DNA of 64,000 nucleotides from Candidatus Acidiferrales bacterium (lineage in GTDB: Bacteria > Acidobacteriota > Terriglobia > Acidiferrales > UBA7541): NCBI GenBank assembly GCA_035603075.1, contig DATNLC010000032.1, positions 27,462 to 91,461 of the forward strand. The letters run 5' to 3'. Position numbers and translations under genes: made by a program. Every line of letters begins with the position of its first letter. The stretch's first letter is position 1. Below the pieces are notes generated by a model, which did no database searches, was not told the DNA's origin, and saw only the letters and a list, made by a program, of their open reading frames with translations. Positions 62,889 through 64,000 of this stretch are shown here, one piece after another.

Positions 62889-64000
62889 TCAGTGTTTCGC
62901 CGCTCCCCAGCTTGGCCCAAAATCGCCCTCCGCCTCTAGCGGCACCCTCAGCTGCGTCGTCGTTGTCAGCGCCCCTATCACCACTCGATGCACCAACTCC
63001 CGGCACTCCGGCTCATCCGGCAATTCGTGAATCACTTCATCATGAACGGGCAGTAAAGGCTCCACCCCCGCCACGCGCCTCAACCCATCCCACATCGCCA
63101 TCATGGCGCGTTTCAGTATCGTATTCGCACTAGTCTGGATCAGATGCGCGTACGAGCACCTCTCGGCTTCCGCTCTTACCTTGGGAATCGGCGACCATAT
63201 CTGAGGCAGATATCTCATCCTGCCACTCAGGGGATCGACCGCCAATCCAGTCGCTCTGGTTCGCTCCATGCAATCACTCTGAAACCGTTTCGCGCCGGGG
63301 TAGATCTCATACCACGTATCGAGCATCGACTGGCAATCGTCTTCGGTCCATCTCGATCCGTCCTGCCGGTACGCGCGGAACTTGATCATCTGGATACGCA
63401 GCCCGTATGCCTGGCCGCCGTTGATGATAAAAAAATTGACCACCTTCCCGGCCTGGCGCTGGTACTTTTCGATCCGCGATATCGGAGTTCCAAACATATC
63501 CGACGCCGACCGGGTATGCACGTCCCATTTCAGCTTCTCATCGTCCTTTGCCTCATGGCCCTTGATGAATATCTCGCACAACTTCTCATCCCGCGACAGA
63601 TGCGCGAACGTTCTCATCTCCACGGTACTCAAATCGGCATCGTGAATTACTTTGCCCTCCGGTGCCACGAACCCATATCGGCATTCCGAGCCCAATTCCG
63701 ACCGCACCGGGATGGACAGCAGATTCATCGGCTCGGCGGTGGATATCCGGCCCGTGACTTGTCGAGTGAGTTTGAATGTCGCTCGTGCGCGCCTATCCCC
63801 AGTGGACGCCATCAACCTCAGCGGCTTGACATACGTGCCCTTGAGTTTGCTGGCCTCGCGGTAATCTTCGATATGCTCGATGATCGGGGATAACGGTAGC
63901 AACTCCTCCAGACACTTATCGTCGGTAGACCCCCTCACGTCCCCGGACTCCCCGCCATCCGTCATGCGCGGTGGGGTCAATCCCAGTCCCCCCTTCGATA
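62889..64000 (-). CDS. family A DNA polymerase, C-terminal (palm/fingers) part; the N-terminus lies beyond the window
   Basis: TGRISTAEPMNLLSIP resembles TGRLSS.PNLQNIP. Motif A is DLSTVEMRTFAHLS, motif B is RQAGKVVNFFIINGGQAYG and motif C is LPVHDEVIHE. The frame stays open to position 64000. Confidence 0.85.
   Translation of the reverse strand, partial: SKGGLGLTPPRMTDGGESGDVRGSTDDKCLEELLPLSPIIEHIEDYREASKLKGTYVKPLRLMASTGDRRARATFKLTRQVTGRISTAEPMNLLSIPVRSELGSECRYGFVAPEGKVIHDADLSTVEMRTFAHLSRDEKLCEIFIKGHEAKDDEKLKWDVHTRSASDMFGTPISRIEKYQRQAGKVVNFFIINGGQAYGLRIQMIKFRAYRQDGSRWTEDDCQSMLDTWYEIYPGAKRFQSDCMERTRATGLAVDPLSGRMRYLPQIWSPIPKVRAEAERCSYAHLIQTSANTILKRAMMAMWDGLRRVAGVEPLLPVHDEVIHELPDEPECRELVHRVVIGALTTTTQLRVPLEAEGDFGPSWGAAKH

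Noticed and set aside
1-64000. Integrase, attachment site or flanking host genes (prophage borders)
   Set aside because: Nothing resembling a tyrosine or serine recombinase, a tRNA target or cellular housekeeping genes was seen. The window lies entirely inside the phage genome, so lifestyle cannot be decided here.

Overview
The window looks like one continuous piece of a tailed dsDNA phage or prophage genome, moderately GC-rich (about 58-62% in hand-counted lines). I saw no cellular housekeeping genes, rRNA, tRNA, CRISPR array or integrase. Positions 1-59199 form a tightly packed rightward late region. In order it holds the large terminase, portal, a 20-aa polybasic peptide, Gly/Pro-rich proteins, scaffold and major capsid. 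Tail and adaptor candidates follow, then a first set of fibre/spike-like proteins and a 1143-aa nozzle-like protein. Next comes a small-ORF cassette containing an acyl-carrier-protein-like gene and a GNAT-like gene, then three ejection/internal-core-like proteins. After those are two giant fibre/spike genes (2447 and 2195 aa) and a lysis/accessory block with membrane proteins, a DUF2829-like protein and a Tlde1/DUF2778-like L,D-transpeptidase-fold protein. Positions 59196-64000 form a leftward early operon: a family A DNA polymerase (partial), two tandem AbrB-type regulators behind a strong sigma70-like promoter with 11-bp direct repeats, small ORFs, a lipoprotein and a Zn-ribbon XRE regulator. 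Two AT-richer insertions carry free-standing nucleases: a PD-(D/E)XK gene right after the capsid gene and an antisense HNH gene between spike genes. The most unusual signals are these. (1) The phage-borne carrier-protein/GNAT cassette sits next to the ejection genes. (2) A Tat-signal protein carries a portal-derived segment. (3) Nearly every fibre/spike-like protein starts with a Sec-type signal peptide or lipobox. (4) Regulator genes appear leaderless, while structural genes have strong Shine-Dalgarno sites. All functional calls come from reading motifs by eye and from gene order; no database search was run.
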